Assembly (NCBI GenBank): GCA_041622895.1
Contig: JBFJXW010000001.1
Location: 1,567-65,566 of the forward strand
DNA length: 64,000 nt
Direction: 5' to 3'
Source: Desulfobulbus sp.
Lineage (GTDB): Bacteria > Desulfobacterota > Desulfobulbia > Desulfobulbales > Desulfobulbaceae
Shown: piece after piece, positions 46,730 to 55,197 of the stretch
How positions within the stretch are numbered: position 1 is the first letter of the stretch
How the letters are laid out: every line of letters starts with the position of its first letter
The notes under the pieces: generated by a model
Seen by the model: the letters and a program-made list of their open reading frames with translations, nothing else
The model's database searches: none
Told to the model about the DNA's origin: nothing
Translations under genes and position numbers: made by a program

Positions 46730-48586
46730 TCAGAAGGCCGGCAGTGTGCCAAACCCTCTCATGCCCCAGTAGATAGCCGTCAGAAGGAGCAGCACGATGT
46801 TGGCGACAAACCACATGGGAACGCCCACCCGCAGATAGTCCTTGGGCTCCAGATAGCCACTGGCATAGACAATGGCGTTGGGCGGTGTACCGATAATCAG
46901 ACAATACGCAAAAGAGCTAGCGATAGCAGTGCCCATGGCCATGAACGGCAGATAGGTGGTGCCTGGATGCACCAGACCGGCCATATTCAGGGTGATGGGG
47001 CCAACTGCGGCGGCTGCCGGTCCGTCCGCCATCAGGTTGGTGATCACTGCGGTAAGGCCATTGGAAGTCAGCATCAACGGCAGTCCCGAATCCATACCCA
47101 TCGGTGCGAGGAAGTCGACGACGGTCCTGGCGATCCAGTAGGCCGCGCCGGTGGAGTCGAGCACTCGCCCGAAGATGATGGCGCCGGCATACAGCCAGAC
47201 CACACCCCAGTCCACGCGCTCCTGATAGTCCCGCCAGTTAACCACGCCGGCCAACAGATAGGCCACGGCACCGGCAACCGCAATGGTGCCGATCCCCAGA
47301 CGCACGGGGTACAGGCCCATTTGATAGAACGCTTTTTCCGTAAACCAGCCAAAGACCATGACCAAAAAGATGATCAAGGAAACAATCTGATCCTTGTTCC
47401 ATTTCCCCATCTTGCCGATCTCGTTTTCCAGATGCCGCATGGCAGGGGCGAGGGAGGTGATTTGCGGCTTGAAACGCCAATTGATCATAAACCAGGTGAT
47501 GGGGATCATCGCCAGGATGAAGGGGAAGCAGTAGGTAACCCACTGGAAGTAACCGATATCGAATCCGAACATGTCATTCAGATAGGCGATCATGATAACG
47601 TTGCGGGCACCGCCGGAAGGCGCGCCAGGACCGCCGATGTTACAAGCCATGGCAATGGCGATCATCAGCATCTTGGCCAGTTCCTTGTCTTCGGGGACGT
47701 CTTTGGTCAGACTGTTCTGATAGAGCAGCATACCGATCGGCAGGAACATGGCAGCGAGGGCATGATCGGAAATAAACGCTGCCAAAGGCGTGATGATCAG
47801 AAAGAAGATCAGGGTGATCCACTTGACACTGGGTACGGCCAGCTTCTTGAACATCATCAGACAGAGTCGTTTGTCCACCCCGGTCTTGACAAAGGCCGCG
47901 GCGAACATCAGGCTGCCCATGATGAACCAGCTGGCATCCGACCAGTACATCTCTGTTACCTTACCGGTGGGAACGACATTGAACATGACGAAGAATAGGC
48001 CGATGCAGAAGGCCACGCCCGGCAGCGGGATGCACTCGGTCATGAAGCAGAAGACGACGAAAACCATAACCGCGATGGCCACCTTGAGGTCGTGGGTGCC
48101 GATGTCGGCCTTTTTCTTGTCCCCGTCGGAGAGCTTGTCATACTCCAGGCCTTTCATGCGCAGATCAAAGGCACGCTGCATGAGTTCCTGGTATTTCTGG
48201 TCATCCAGGTTTTGATCGACCCAGGTCTGGGCCCGTTCAAAATTCTTCTTGTCGCTGGTAATTTTGTACTTTTTGGCCCATTTCGCATCGCGCTTCATGA
48301 AACGTGGTTTTTTCAGCGCACCCATGCGCAGGTTCTGCTCCATGGCCTGCGCAGCAATGAGCTGCCACTGCTCGACATCGGAGGGACCTTTTTGAAAGAG
48401 CTCGGTGGTGATCATCTTGACGACCGCACTCGTACCCACATTGTACTGAATGCCCACCTCACGCATGCTGTTGGGTGCGGGAAGCAGCAATATAGCCACA
48501 AGTAGAACGACGGGTATTATAAACAGCTTCCAGTTTACGAACTTATCGTATCCTGTAGCCTTCTTCTTTTTTTTAGTATCTGCCAT
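46730..48586 (-). CDS. DASS/SLC13-family anion:Na+ symporter with N-terminal TM plus ~140-aa extra domain
   Basis: 618 aa. Core has the duplicated ...GGP(G/A)... / ...IGTPPN hairpin-type motifs of SLC13/ArsB-NhaD-fold permeases. N-terminus is a K-rich tail, one TM and a soluble segment. Confidence 0.8.
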   Translation of the reverse strand: MADTKKKKKATGYDKFVNWKLFIIPVVLLVAILLLPAPNSMREVGIQYNVGTSAVVKMITTELFQKGPSDVEQWQLIAAQAMEQNLRMGALKKPRFMKRDAKWAKKYKITSDKKNFERAQTWVDQNLDDQKYQELMQRAFDLRMKGLEYDKLSDGDKKKADIGTHDLKVAIAVMVFVVFCFMTECIPLPGVAFCIGLFFVMFNVVPTGKVTEMYWSDASWFIMGSLMFAAAFVKTGVDKRLCLMMFKKLAVPSVKWITLIFFLIITPLAAFISDHALAAMFLPIGMLLYQNSLTKDVPEDKELAKMLMIAIAMACNIGGPGAPSGGARNVIMIAYLNDMFGFDIGYFQWVTYCFPFILAMIPITWFMINWRFKPQITSLAPAMRHLENEIGKMGKWNKDQIVSLIIFLVMVFGWFTEKAFYQMGLYPVRLGIGTIAVAGAVAYLLAGVVNWRDYQERVDWGVVWLYAGAIIFGRVLDSTGAAYWIARTVVDFLAPMGMDSGLPLMLTSNGLTAVITNLMADGPAAAAVGPITLNMAGLVHPGTTYLPFMAMGTAIASSFAYCLIIGTPPNAIVYASGYLEPKDYLRVGVPMWFVANIVLLLLTAIYWGMRGFGTLPAF

Positions 48587-48653
48587 GTTGTAACCCCTTG
48601 TATAATTTGCAGGTCAAACCGCGTTATTTTCCACTTTCACGACAGGTTGCTTC

Positions 48654-49562
48654 CTAACTGGTGAGAATGCGAACCATCTCGAAAAACAGCTCCTGCTCGC
48701 GAACGACGCCGACTACCTTCGCCCCCGCCATGACGACCAGCCTCCGTGCCGAGGCCTCGTGCATAAGGTCGCAGACCTCCATGAGATTGGCATTTTTATC
48801 GATGGGGGGCGGTGGCAGGGACATGACATGAGCCAGCGGTATCTCCGCTATTTCCTTGAGCCGCTGGGTGAGCAACCCATTCCAAAAGATGTGAGAATAG
48901 CGCCAGGTGGTGCCAGCAGCCTGACTGCGGATCTGCTCATTCGATAAATACGCGGGACGTACGGCATCGACGATCTCCTCCATGGAAACGACACCGACGA
49001 TTTCTTCATCTTGAAAAATGAGAACGCTTCTATGCCCCGTCTGCATCAGCTTTTCAGTACTCTCGAAGTGCTGGCTCGCGTCACGAAGCTTAAGGATGGC
49101 CTCCTTGAGGGTCGATTCAGGGGTAAGAACCACATACTCCTCAATGGGTATCATCAGATCGCCAACCACTTTTTCCTGACCTTTTTTCGCTGCACCGCCG
49201 AAGTTGACCGCTTCATTAATTTTGTAGGCCAACAGATCAATGTCCGCAGGCTTGGTGAGGTAATCAAAAGCACCATGCTCCAAGGTTCGTTCAGCGCTGG
49301 GACGCTCACCATGGCCTGTGAGCATAATCACCGGAATCTCTGGATTGCTTTCCTTGATCCGGGCCAGTGTCTCTTCGCCATCCATCCCTCGCATACGGAT
49401 ATCCAGGACAACGACATCCGGTTTTTCCTTAATTTTCTCAAGAGCCTCTTCGCCGCTTTCAGCTAATATGGTCTGAAAACCCTTGCGTTCGAGTATCTTT
49501 GCCGTCGTGGTTCTGAAACGTTCTTCATCATCAACCATCAGAACCTTGATTTTCTCCATCAT
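48654..49562 (-). CDS. response regulator: receiver domain fused to a CBS pair
   Basis: 302 aa. REC (VLMVDDE...VVLDIRMRGMDG...MLTGHG...LTKP), then two CBS-like repeats (...VVGVVSMEEIV..., ...VVGVVREQELF...). Confidence 0.85.
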   Translation of the reverse strand: MMEKIKVLMVDDEERFRTTTAKILERKGFQTILAESGEEALEKIKEKPDVVVLDIRMRGMDGEETLARIKESNPEIPVIMLTGHGERPSAERTLEHGAFDYLTKPADIDLLAYKINEAVNFGGAAKKGQEKVVGDLMIPIEEYVVLTPESTLKEAILKLRDASQHFESTEKLMQTGHRSVLIFQDEEIVGVVSMEEIVDAVRPAYLSNEQIRSQAAGTTWRYSHIFWNGLLTQRLKEIAEIPLAHVMSLPPPPIDKNANLMEVCDLMHEASARRLVVMAGAKVVGVVREQELFFEMVRILTS

Positions 49563-49613
49563 AGTTTCCTCCGTTGGTACCCTTAGTTGCCGTTCATTCC
49601 AATTCCAGCCCCT

Positions 49614-50018
49614 TCATTTCGACACCATCCGCAACTTGTCCTCCATTGCTTTTCGTTTGTTGAATGCCTCATCCGCTTTTGCTACGAAATCGCCGATACT
49701 CACAGGTTTTATAAGAAAATCAAAAGCACCGAGCCGGAGTCCTTCAGATGCCTGATCCCTGCTGAAGGTGCCGGTTATCATGATCACCTCAACCAGAGGG
49801 TACAGCGTCTTGATCTCCGCCAGCGTCTCCAGGCCACTTATCCCCGGCATGTTCACATCCATGAAAATAACGTCCACCTCGTGCTCTTTGAGAAGGGTGA
49901 GTGCTTGATCACCTCGTGATGCGCTAAGCACCGTGGCACCCAGCCGCTCAAAAATCTTGGTCGTGTTCCAGGTCAACCGCTCTTCATCGTCAACAATCAT
50001 GATAGTCCGCTTCTTCAT
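49614..50018 (-). CDS. single-domain (CheY-like) response regulator
   Basis: 134 aa. IMIVDDE, phospho-Asp context VIFMDVNMPG, ITGT..., LIKP. Confidence 0.88.
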   Translation of the reverse strand: MKKRTIMIVDDEERLTWNTTKIFERLGATVLSASRGDQALTLLKEHEVDVIFMDVNMPGISGLETLAEIKTLYPLVEVIMITGTFSRDQASEGLRLGAFDFLIKPVSIGDFVAKADEAFNKRKAMEDKLRMVSK

Positions 50019-50135
50019 TTCATCTCCACCTGTCCTAAGAGACGAAGCCTTGGCGAATATTCGCTGCGGCTGTCCTTCTCATGCGTGAATCCCAGCTCGG
50101 TCAGCTTGCAAACTCCTCTTGCCTGAAAAAGAAAG

Positions 50136-50151
50136 AGCAATCTCCGTGCCA
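50136..50151 (-). promoter_or_regulatory. sigma-54 (-24/-12) promoter
   Basis: The minus strand reads TGGCACGGAGATTGCT, an exact match to TGGCAC-N5-TTGCW. ~118 nt upstream of the receiver-gene ATG (50018). Confidence 0.7.
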
Positions 50152-50301
50152 TGTTAAATAATTGAAATTAAACGATATTTTAAAAAATGCCGCGCCGTTG
50201 CTCGCAAACCCTTCGCAAACATGCGGTTTTGGCGGTCACGGTTGCAGCACCGCATACAGAAAAAAAATGACGGTCGGGGAGAGAAGATATCTGCGACAGA
50301 C

Positions 50302-50334
50302 AAAAAAAACCCCCTGACGGCAATCGTCAGGGGG
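50302..50334 (-). terminator. intrinsic terminator of the 50370-52064 kinase gene
   Basis: The minus strand reads CCCCCTGACG-ATTGC-CGTCAGGGGG followed by TTTTTTTT, 36 nt after the stop. Confidence 0.8.
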
Positions 50335-50369
50335 CAAGACGCCTCGATAGAGACATGGACACGAAGAGG

Positions 50370-52064
50370 TCAGGCAGTGGGCAGCAGGATACTGAAGACG
50401 GTCCCCTCTCCTTCACGGGTGGTTACATCGATAGTGCCCCCCATGGATTCCACCAGACCATAGCAGACGGCCAGCCCCAGTCCCGTCCCTTTTTCCGGCG
50501 GCTTGGTGGTGAAGAACGGGGTATAAATGTTGGCCAATACTTCCTTGGGAATGCCGGTTCCATTGTCGCGAATTTTAACGAGAGCCCATCCTGGCCCCCC
50601 TGATTCAGCGGAGAACTCCAATTTCCCGTCTGTATTGCCATGTCGTTCGACAATAGCATAGATGGCATTATTGAGCAGATTGAGGAAAATTTGCTGCAAC
50701 TTGCTGGCATCGCCGAGAATAGCGGGTGTTCCGGGTTTGACCACGCGGACAAATTCAATTCCACGGGTTTCTGCTTTTTTCGCGACCATGGAACCGATGC
50801 CCTGCACCAGCTCCTGCAAATCGACTCTCGTTTCTGCAGCCTGTTCTTTGCGACCAAAGCGCAGGATGGAACTGGTAATCTCGGAACAACGGTCGATCTG
50901 CAGCATGATTTGGTCAAGACTGTCATGCACATCGTCCTTGAGCTTACCCACCAGGGGCGCCGCATGCTGTTCCGCATCTTCCAGATCAAGCCCCAATAAG
51001 GTCAGTTCCGATTTCATAATCTGAAGCGGGTTGTTGATCTCATGGGCAAAGCTGGCCGTCATTTCTCCCAACTCGGCCAGCCGGACGCTGCGATACAGCC
51101 GGTCACGAAGATGGTCCTTTTCTCCCTCCGCCTCGATAAGTGTATTGCCGATGCGATTGCTGGCAAACAATGCCAGGGAGACCGTAATGACGCCGCCAAT
51201 GGCCGAAACAATCAAAATGTATATGCCGGCAGTATAGATATCACGAAAGGCATCACTGGTTTCCTGTTGCGCCACCAGTTTCCATCGCCCCTTATTGATA
51301 CTGGCAACGGCTGCGAGATAGCGCTTCCCGCTGCTGGCCTCCTGGACGAATGTCTGCACCCCATACACCGGGCCTAGATACGATTGGGAATCAGGGGCGA
51401 AATCCAGAAGCTCCCATTTTCCTTTGTGACGCGTCTGATACTGCCCCTTGCCGTTGAGCAGAAAGGCCTCCCCGGTTGTGCCGACCCGCACCGACTCAAC
51501 AACCTTGCTAAAGGCATCGCTATCGATAGTGGCGCGTAATATCAAAGGGTCGGTACCAACACTGGCCTTGGCAACCACAAAATGGGGCACGCCTCTAAAA
51601 CCCAAAAAGACATCACTGACATATTGCCCATATTTTTTGGTGGCGAGAAACCATTCGGCATCTGCATAGTTTTTATCCATCAACTTGTGCGGCCCGCAGT
51701 AGGCCACATGCTTTCCTGTGCCATCAATGAGGCCTAAATCAACGAATGCTCCGGTCTCCTGCTGCAGACGGTCGAATAATTTCTTTAATATTTCGGGGTT
51801 CGATAGTTCTTCCGTGGAAAACGTCTGCAGCATCAAGGCAAGGTCGCTTCTGCGCTCGTCGAGATAGCGTTCGATAAACCTCGCCTGATTTTGCACAATA
51901 CGCTTCATGGTATTGTGACTGCTATTGGTCAGCGAATTGATAAAAAAGGTGTAGGCAATCGCTAGCGCCATAAGGTAGGGAACCAAGGGGACAAAGACTA
52001 TACCAAGAAAAATCATTCTCCTGGCATACTGGAAATACCTCGGTCTTTTTTTATCTTTTCCCAT
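50370..52064 (-). CDS. membrane sensor histidine kinase with periplasmic Cache-like domain (paralog A)
   Basis: Start at the ATG at 52064 (MGKDKKRPRYFQY...). Two TM helices flank a ~270-aa periplasmic domain. H-box SFAHEINNPLQI and DNGTGIP, GTGLGLAV boxes. Confidence 0.9.
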   Translation of the reverse strand: MGKDKKRPRYFQYARRMIFLGIVFVPLVPYLMALAIAYTFFINSLTNSSHNTMKRIVQNQARFIERYLDERRSDLALMLQTFSTEELSNPEILKKLFDRLQQETGAFVDLGLIDGTGKHVAYCGPHKLMDKNYADAEWFLATKKYGQYVSDVFLGFRGVPHFVVAKASVGTDPLILRATIDSDAFSKVVESVRVGTTGEAFLLNGKGQYQTRHKGKWELLDFAPDSQSYLGPVYGVQTFVQEASSGKRYLAAVASINKGRWKLVAQQETSDAFRDIYTAGIYILIVSAIGGVITVSLALFASNRIGNTLIEAEGEKDHLRDRLYRSVRLAELGEMTASFAHEINNPLQIMKSELTLLGLDLEDAEQHAAPLVGKLKDDVHDSLDQIMLQIDRCSEITSSILRFGRKEQAAETRVDLQELVQGIGSMVAKKAETRGIEFVRVVKPGTPAILGDASKLQQIFLNLLNNAIYAIVERHGNTDGKLEFSAESGGPGWALVKIRDNGTGIPKEVLANIYTPFFTTKPPEKGTGLGLAVCYGLVESMGGTIDVTTREGEGTVFSILLPTA

Positions 52065-52147
52065 TATGGCCTCTCTTCTTCCCGTTTCCCTGCAGTCGCA
52101 CACTCCATAATTCGTGCACGAGCGCGGTATTGATTTTGCATAATTTA

Positions 52148-52163
52148 AGCAAGGCGCATGCCA
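52148..52163 (-). promoter_or_regulatory. sigma-54 (-24/-12) promoter
   Basis: The minus strand reads TGGCATGCGCCTTGCT (TGGCAT-N5-TTGCT). ~85 nt upstream of the kinase ATG at 52064. Confidence 0.6.
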
Positions 52164-52197
52164 TTGCGAGTTGACACCCGCGCCCCCTCCCGGGCAA

Positions 52198-52214
52198 CAA
52201 GCAATAATTGCTTG
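52198..52214. promoter_or_regulatory. palindrome CAAGCAA-TAA-TTGCTTG (candidate activator binding site)
   Basis: Perfect 7-3-7 inverted repeat, 35-50 bp upstream of the 52148-52163 sigma-54 promoter, in the divergent spacer shared with the activator gene at 52374. Confidence 0.4.
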
Positions 52215-52373
52215 CAAAAAAGGGGAGATACGTCATAACACTCACGATGCCCGACACATTGCGCATTCGCTCGCTGGCGCGATTCCTCGGCACGCAAGGC
52301 ATGGCATTGCCAAATCGATGCGACCCTCTCCGCTCGCGATACCTATTATGGAAGCTTTGCGAGAAACAGGAAA

Positions 52374-54944
52374 ATGGAAAAACAGGACAAAGAGATGCCT
52401 ACAGACGCCACTCGCCCCCTCTTCAGCCGTGTCCTTATACTCTGTGTTCCGCCTGCCCTTCTGCTTATCGCAGGTATCGGGACCCTCGGCTTTTTCACTA
52501 TCCACCAGTATGTAAACACCGCTATTGAACGGAATGTACGGATCCGCAGCACCGTTATTGCCAGGTCTATCGAAACCTTTCTGGAAAACCGCATTCGAGA
52601 TATCTCTTATCTCAGACAAGGCCGTGTGGATCGTTCGGCACTCCTGGAATTCATGCAGCGGCAGGCACGTCTTGACCCGGACCTGTACCGTGAAGCAGCC
52701 TTCCTCTCGACCTCACCATCATCAAGTATTCTGTTCGTCATGGCGGAAGGAATGGTTCGGCAGATTCCCCCCGAGGACTTTTCCGATGTACACCCCAACC
52801 CCATGCTTCTTCCTTCGAACTTGCACGCACTGGATGCCGAGGAAGTGTTCTGCACGACGATTATGGCCACGGATTTTCCTTTTCCTGCCAAAAGCGGTAT
52901 GGGCAACCGACGGGAATTCAGAACCTTTCGCATGATCACCCCTTATTCAGAACCGGGCATGCCCCCTGGATATCTAGTGTTAGGCGTGGATGCACGACGT
53001 CTGCGCAACGTACTGAGTCAGGTCTCCACTTCAAAAGACAAAGCCTGGGGATTTGAGCGCAGCAATGAAGTGCGTTTCAGTTACCTCTTCGATACCGAAG
53101 GCTGGATGCTTTTTCAGTCCGAAGCACCTGACAGCAACGATAAAAAATTGTCCACCTATCTTGCTCGCTCTGGTTTTCTCGGTACGCTTGGCAAGCCGGG
53201 TCTGCTTTCTGCTTTCCTGCCGGACAAGGAATATGAGTTGTATTGGGAAACGGTCAATAAAGTGCGCAAGGAACAGGGTGGCGTGGTGCGGATGAACGAT
53301 CGGGGCATTCACAAATCTCCCGATGCGTCTACTTCTTTTATGGCATTCGAACCAATTCGATATACAGGGAAGAAGGGGGAAGAACCGCGACTCTTTTCCG
53401 GCATGGTCTATATCGATCGGAGCCAACTGGCCTTTACTGCCAGAAAATCCGCATTCATCATTACGCTCGTATGGGTCGGCGGAACCTTGTCGCTGCTGAC
53501 CCTGTTCCTTTGCATCACCCGCCTCTTTTTCATTCACCCATTGCAGCGCTTGAAGCACAACATTGCTGCACGACTGCAGCAGGGTGTGGACAGCCCCATG
53601 ATACAACCAGGTGGGTGTGAAGAATTGAACGAGCTTGCCACAACAGCCAACCAACTCTTTCACAACCTCGATGCATGCGAGCGCAAGCTGAACAATCTTT
53701 CGGAAGATCCCATGTCCGAAAAGATGCAACAACCTGTTGATTTACGGTCAAGTTATCAATCAGCGATGGCTATGGATGACCAATTTTCCGATATTATCGG
53801 CATCAGTCCGGGCCAGATTGCACTCAAGGCTCAGGTGCTGAAAGCGGCAGGAACGAATGTTGATATCTTTATAGTGGGCGAGACAGGTACCGGAAAGCAA
53901 TTAGTTGCAGAAGCAATCCACCGGAATTCGGCACGAAAAAACGGTCCGTTCGTGTCTATTAACTGCGGCGCACTGAATGAAAGCCTGCTCCTGGATGCCC
54001 TTTTCGGCCACGTCAAGGGGGCGCATAGCGAGGCTAAAAACGATCGCAAGGGGGCCTTTATCGAATCTTCAGGTGGTACGCTTTTTCTCGATGAGATTCA
54101 GGCGGCGTCGCCTAAGGTCCAGCAATCGCTGTTGCGTGCGATAGCCGAACGGAAAATACGTCCCCTAGGCAGTGATGCCGAGATCGATGTGGATATCCGT
54201 CTTGTGACGGCAACGAACAAGGACCTGACACAACTGATCAAGGACGGACAATTCCGAGAAGATCTGTTTTACAGACTCTATGTCCTGACAATCCACACCC
54301 TGCCGCTCCGTCATCATAAAGAGGACATTCCCCTGCTTGCCTACCACTATCTGAAGCAGACGCAAGAATATGTCGACAAGTCCAACCTCCTGTTTTCCAA
54401 AGGCGCCATAAAAAAACTGCTTGCACACGACTGGCCGGGCAATGTCCGTGAGCTTGTCAATTGTATAACACGCACAGTGGTATTTGCTGAAGGACCGGTG
54501 ATTCAGGCCGACGAGTTACGCATGGAAGATCCCGAAATATATCTCAACGGGTCTGCACCCCAGCGATTGCACACGACGGTGACCAACCCTGATGGGACAC
54601 CCGCGACCAAAGGTGGCCGTTCGAACCAGAAGGATGATACCAGTACCCCGGTATCGAACGCCGCGGATGCGGCTCCTGCAGGCCGTGATCACCATCTTCC
54701 ACCGTTGGTCCTCTCTCCTCGTCAGATCAAAGTCCTCCCGGCCCTCTTGGAACGCAAAGTTATTACCCGCAAAGAGTACCAGCATTTTTTCGATGATCCC
54801 TTGCCGGCACGGACTGCGAATTACGACCTCAACGATATGATGCACAAAGGTATTCTGAAACGAGAGGGAGCCGGCTCAACGACGCGCTACGTAGTAGCGC
54901 ATACGGCTGATATACAGGTCTTGAACGACATGATAAACGCCTGA
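52374..54944 (+). CDS. membrane-anchored sigma-54 activator-like protein (sensor-HAMP-AAA+-wHTH), paralog 1
   Basis: 856 aa. TM (res ~20-45), ~310-aa extracytoplasmic domain, TM (res ~360-385), HAMP-like linker, Walker A GETGTGKQ, GAFTGA position reads GAHSEA. C-terminus LSPRQIKVL...ARTANYDLNDMMHKGILKREGAGSTTRYVV. Confidence 0.85.
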   Translation: MEKQDKEMPTDATRPLFSRVLILCVPPALLLIAGIGTLGFFTIHQYVNTAIERNVRIRSTVIARSIETFLENRIRDISYLRQGRVDRSALLEFMQRQARLDPDLYREAAFLSTSPSSSILFVMAEGMVRQIPPEDFSDVHPNPMLLPSNLHALDAEEVFCTTIMATDFPFPAKSGMGNRREFRTFRMITPYSEPGMPPGYLVLGVDARRLRNVLSQVSTSKDKAWGFERSNEVRFSYLFDTEGWMLFQSEAPDSNDKKLSTYLARSGFLGTLGKPGLLSAFLPDKEYELYWETVNKVRKEQGGVVRMNDRGIHKSPDASTSFMAFEPIRYTGKKGEEPRLFSGMVYIDRSQLAFTARKSAFIITLVWVGGTLSLLTLFLCITRLFFIHPLQRLKHNIAARLQQGVDSPMIQPGGCEELNELATTANQLFHNLDACERKLNNLSEDPMSEKMQQPVDLRSSYQSAMAMDDQFSDIIGISPGQIALKAQVLKAAGTNVDIFIVGETGTGKQLVAEAIHRNSARKNGPFVSINCGALNESLLLDALFGHVKGAHSEAKNDRKGAFIESSGGTLFLDEIQAASPKVQQSLLRAIAERKIRPLGSDAEIDVDIRLVTATNKDLTQLIKDGQFREDLFYRLYVLTIHTLPLRHHKEDIPLLAYHYLKQTQEYVDKSNLLFSKGAIKKLLAHDWPGNVRELVNCITRTVVFAEGPVIQADELRMEDPEIYLNGSAPQRLHTTVTNPDGTPATKGGRSNQKDDTSTPVSNAADAAPAGRDHHLPPLVLSPRQIKVLPALLERKVITRKEYQHFFDDPLPARTANYDLNDMMHKGILKREGAGSTTRYVVAHTADIQVLNDMINA

Positions 54945-55197
54945 CCCGTTTGTGGAGTCTATGGATCGTGCGCCAAAGGAGGAACGGCACCCGTTCGCGT
55001 GCCGGGATGGGATAGTCTGGCGGGGAGTTGTATTCACCAAATATGAGGGATCGACAGAACGGCCGCAGGCGAGGATATTCCGCACAACAGTCCGCTGCAC
55101 CGATCGACGTTGCGCGATTGCGCAATCCACACGCACCCTTTTGCGCTATTCACACGCCGGATCCCACAACACAGAAGCTCTAGTTGCTTGACCGACT

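Noticed and set aside
54952-55191. 79-aa ORF in the spacer between the convergent activators.
   Set aside because: The GGAG is only 3 nt from the ATG, the composition is Arg/Cys-rich and atypical, and there is no homology that I recognise.
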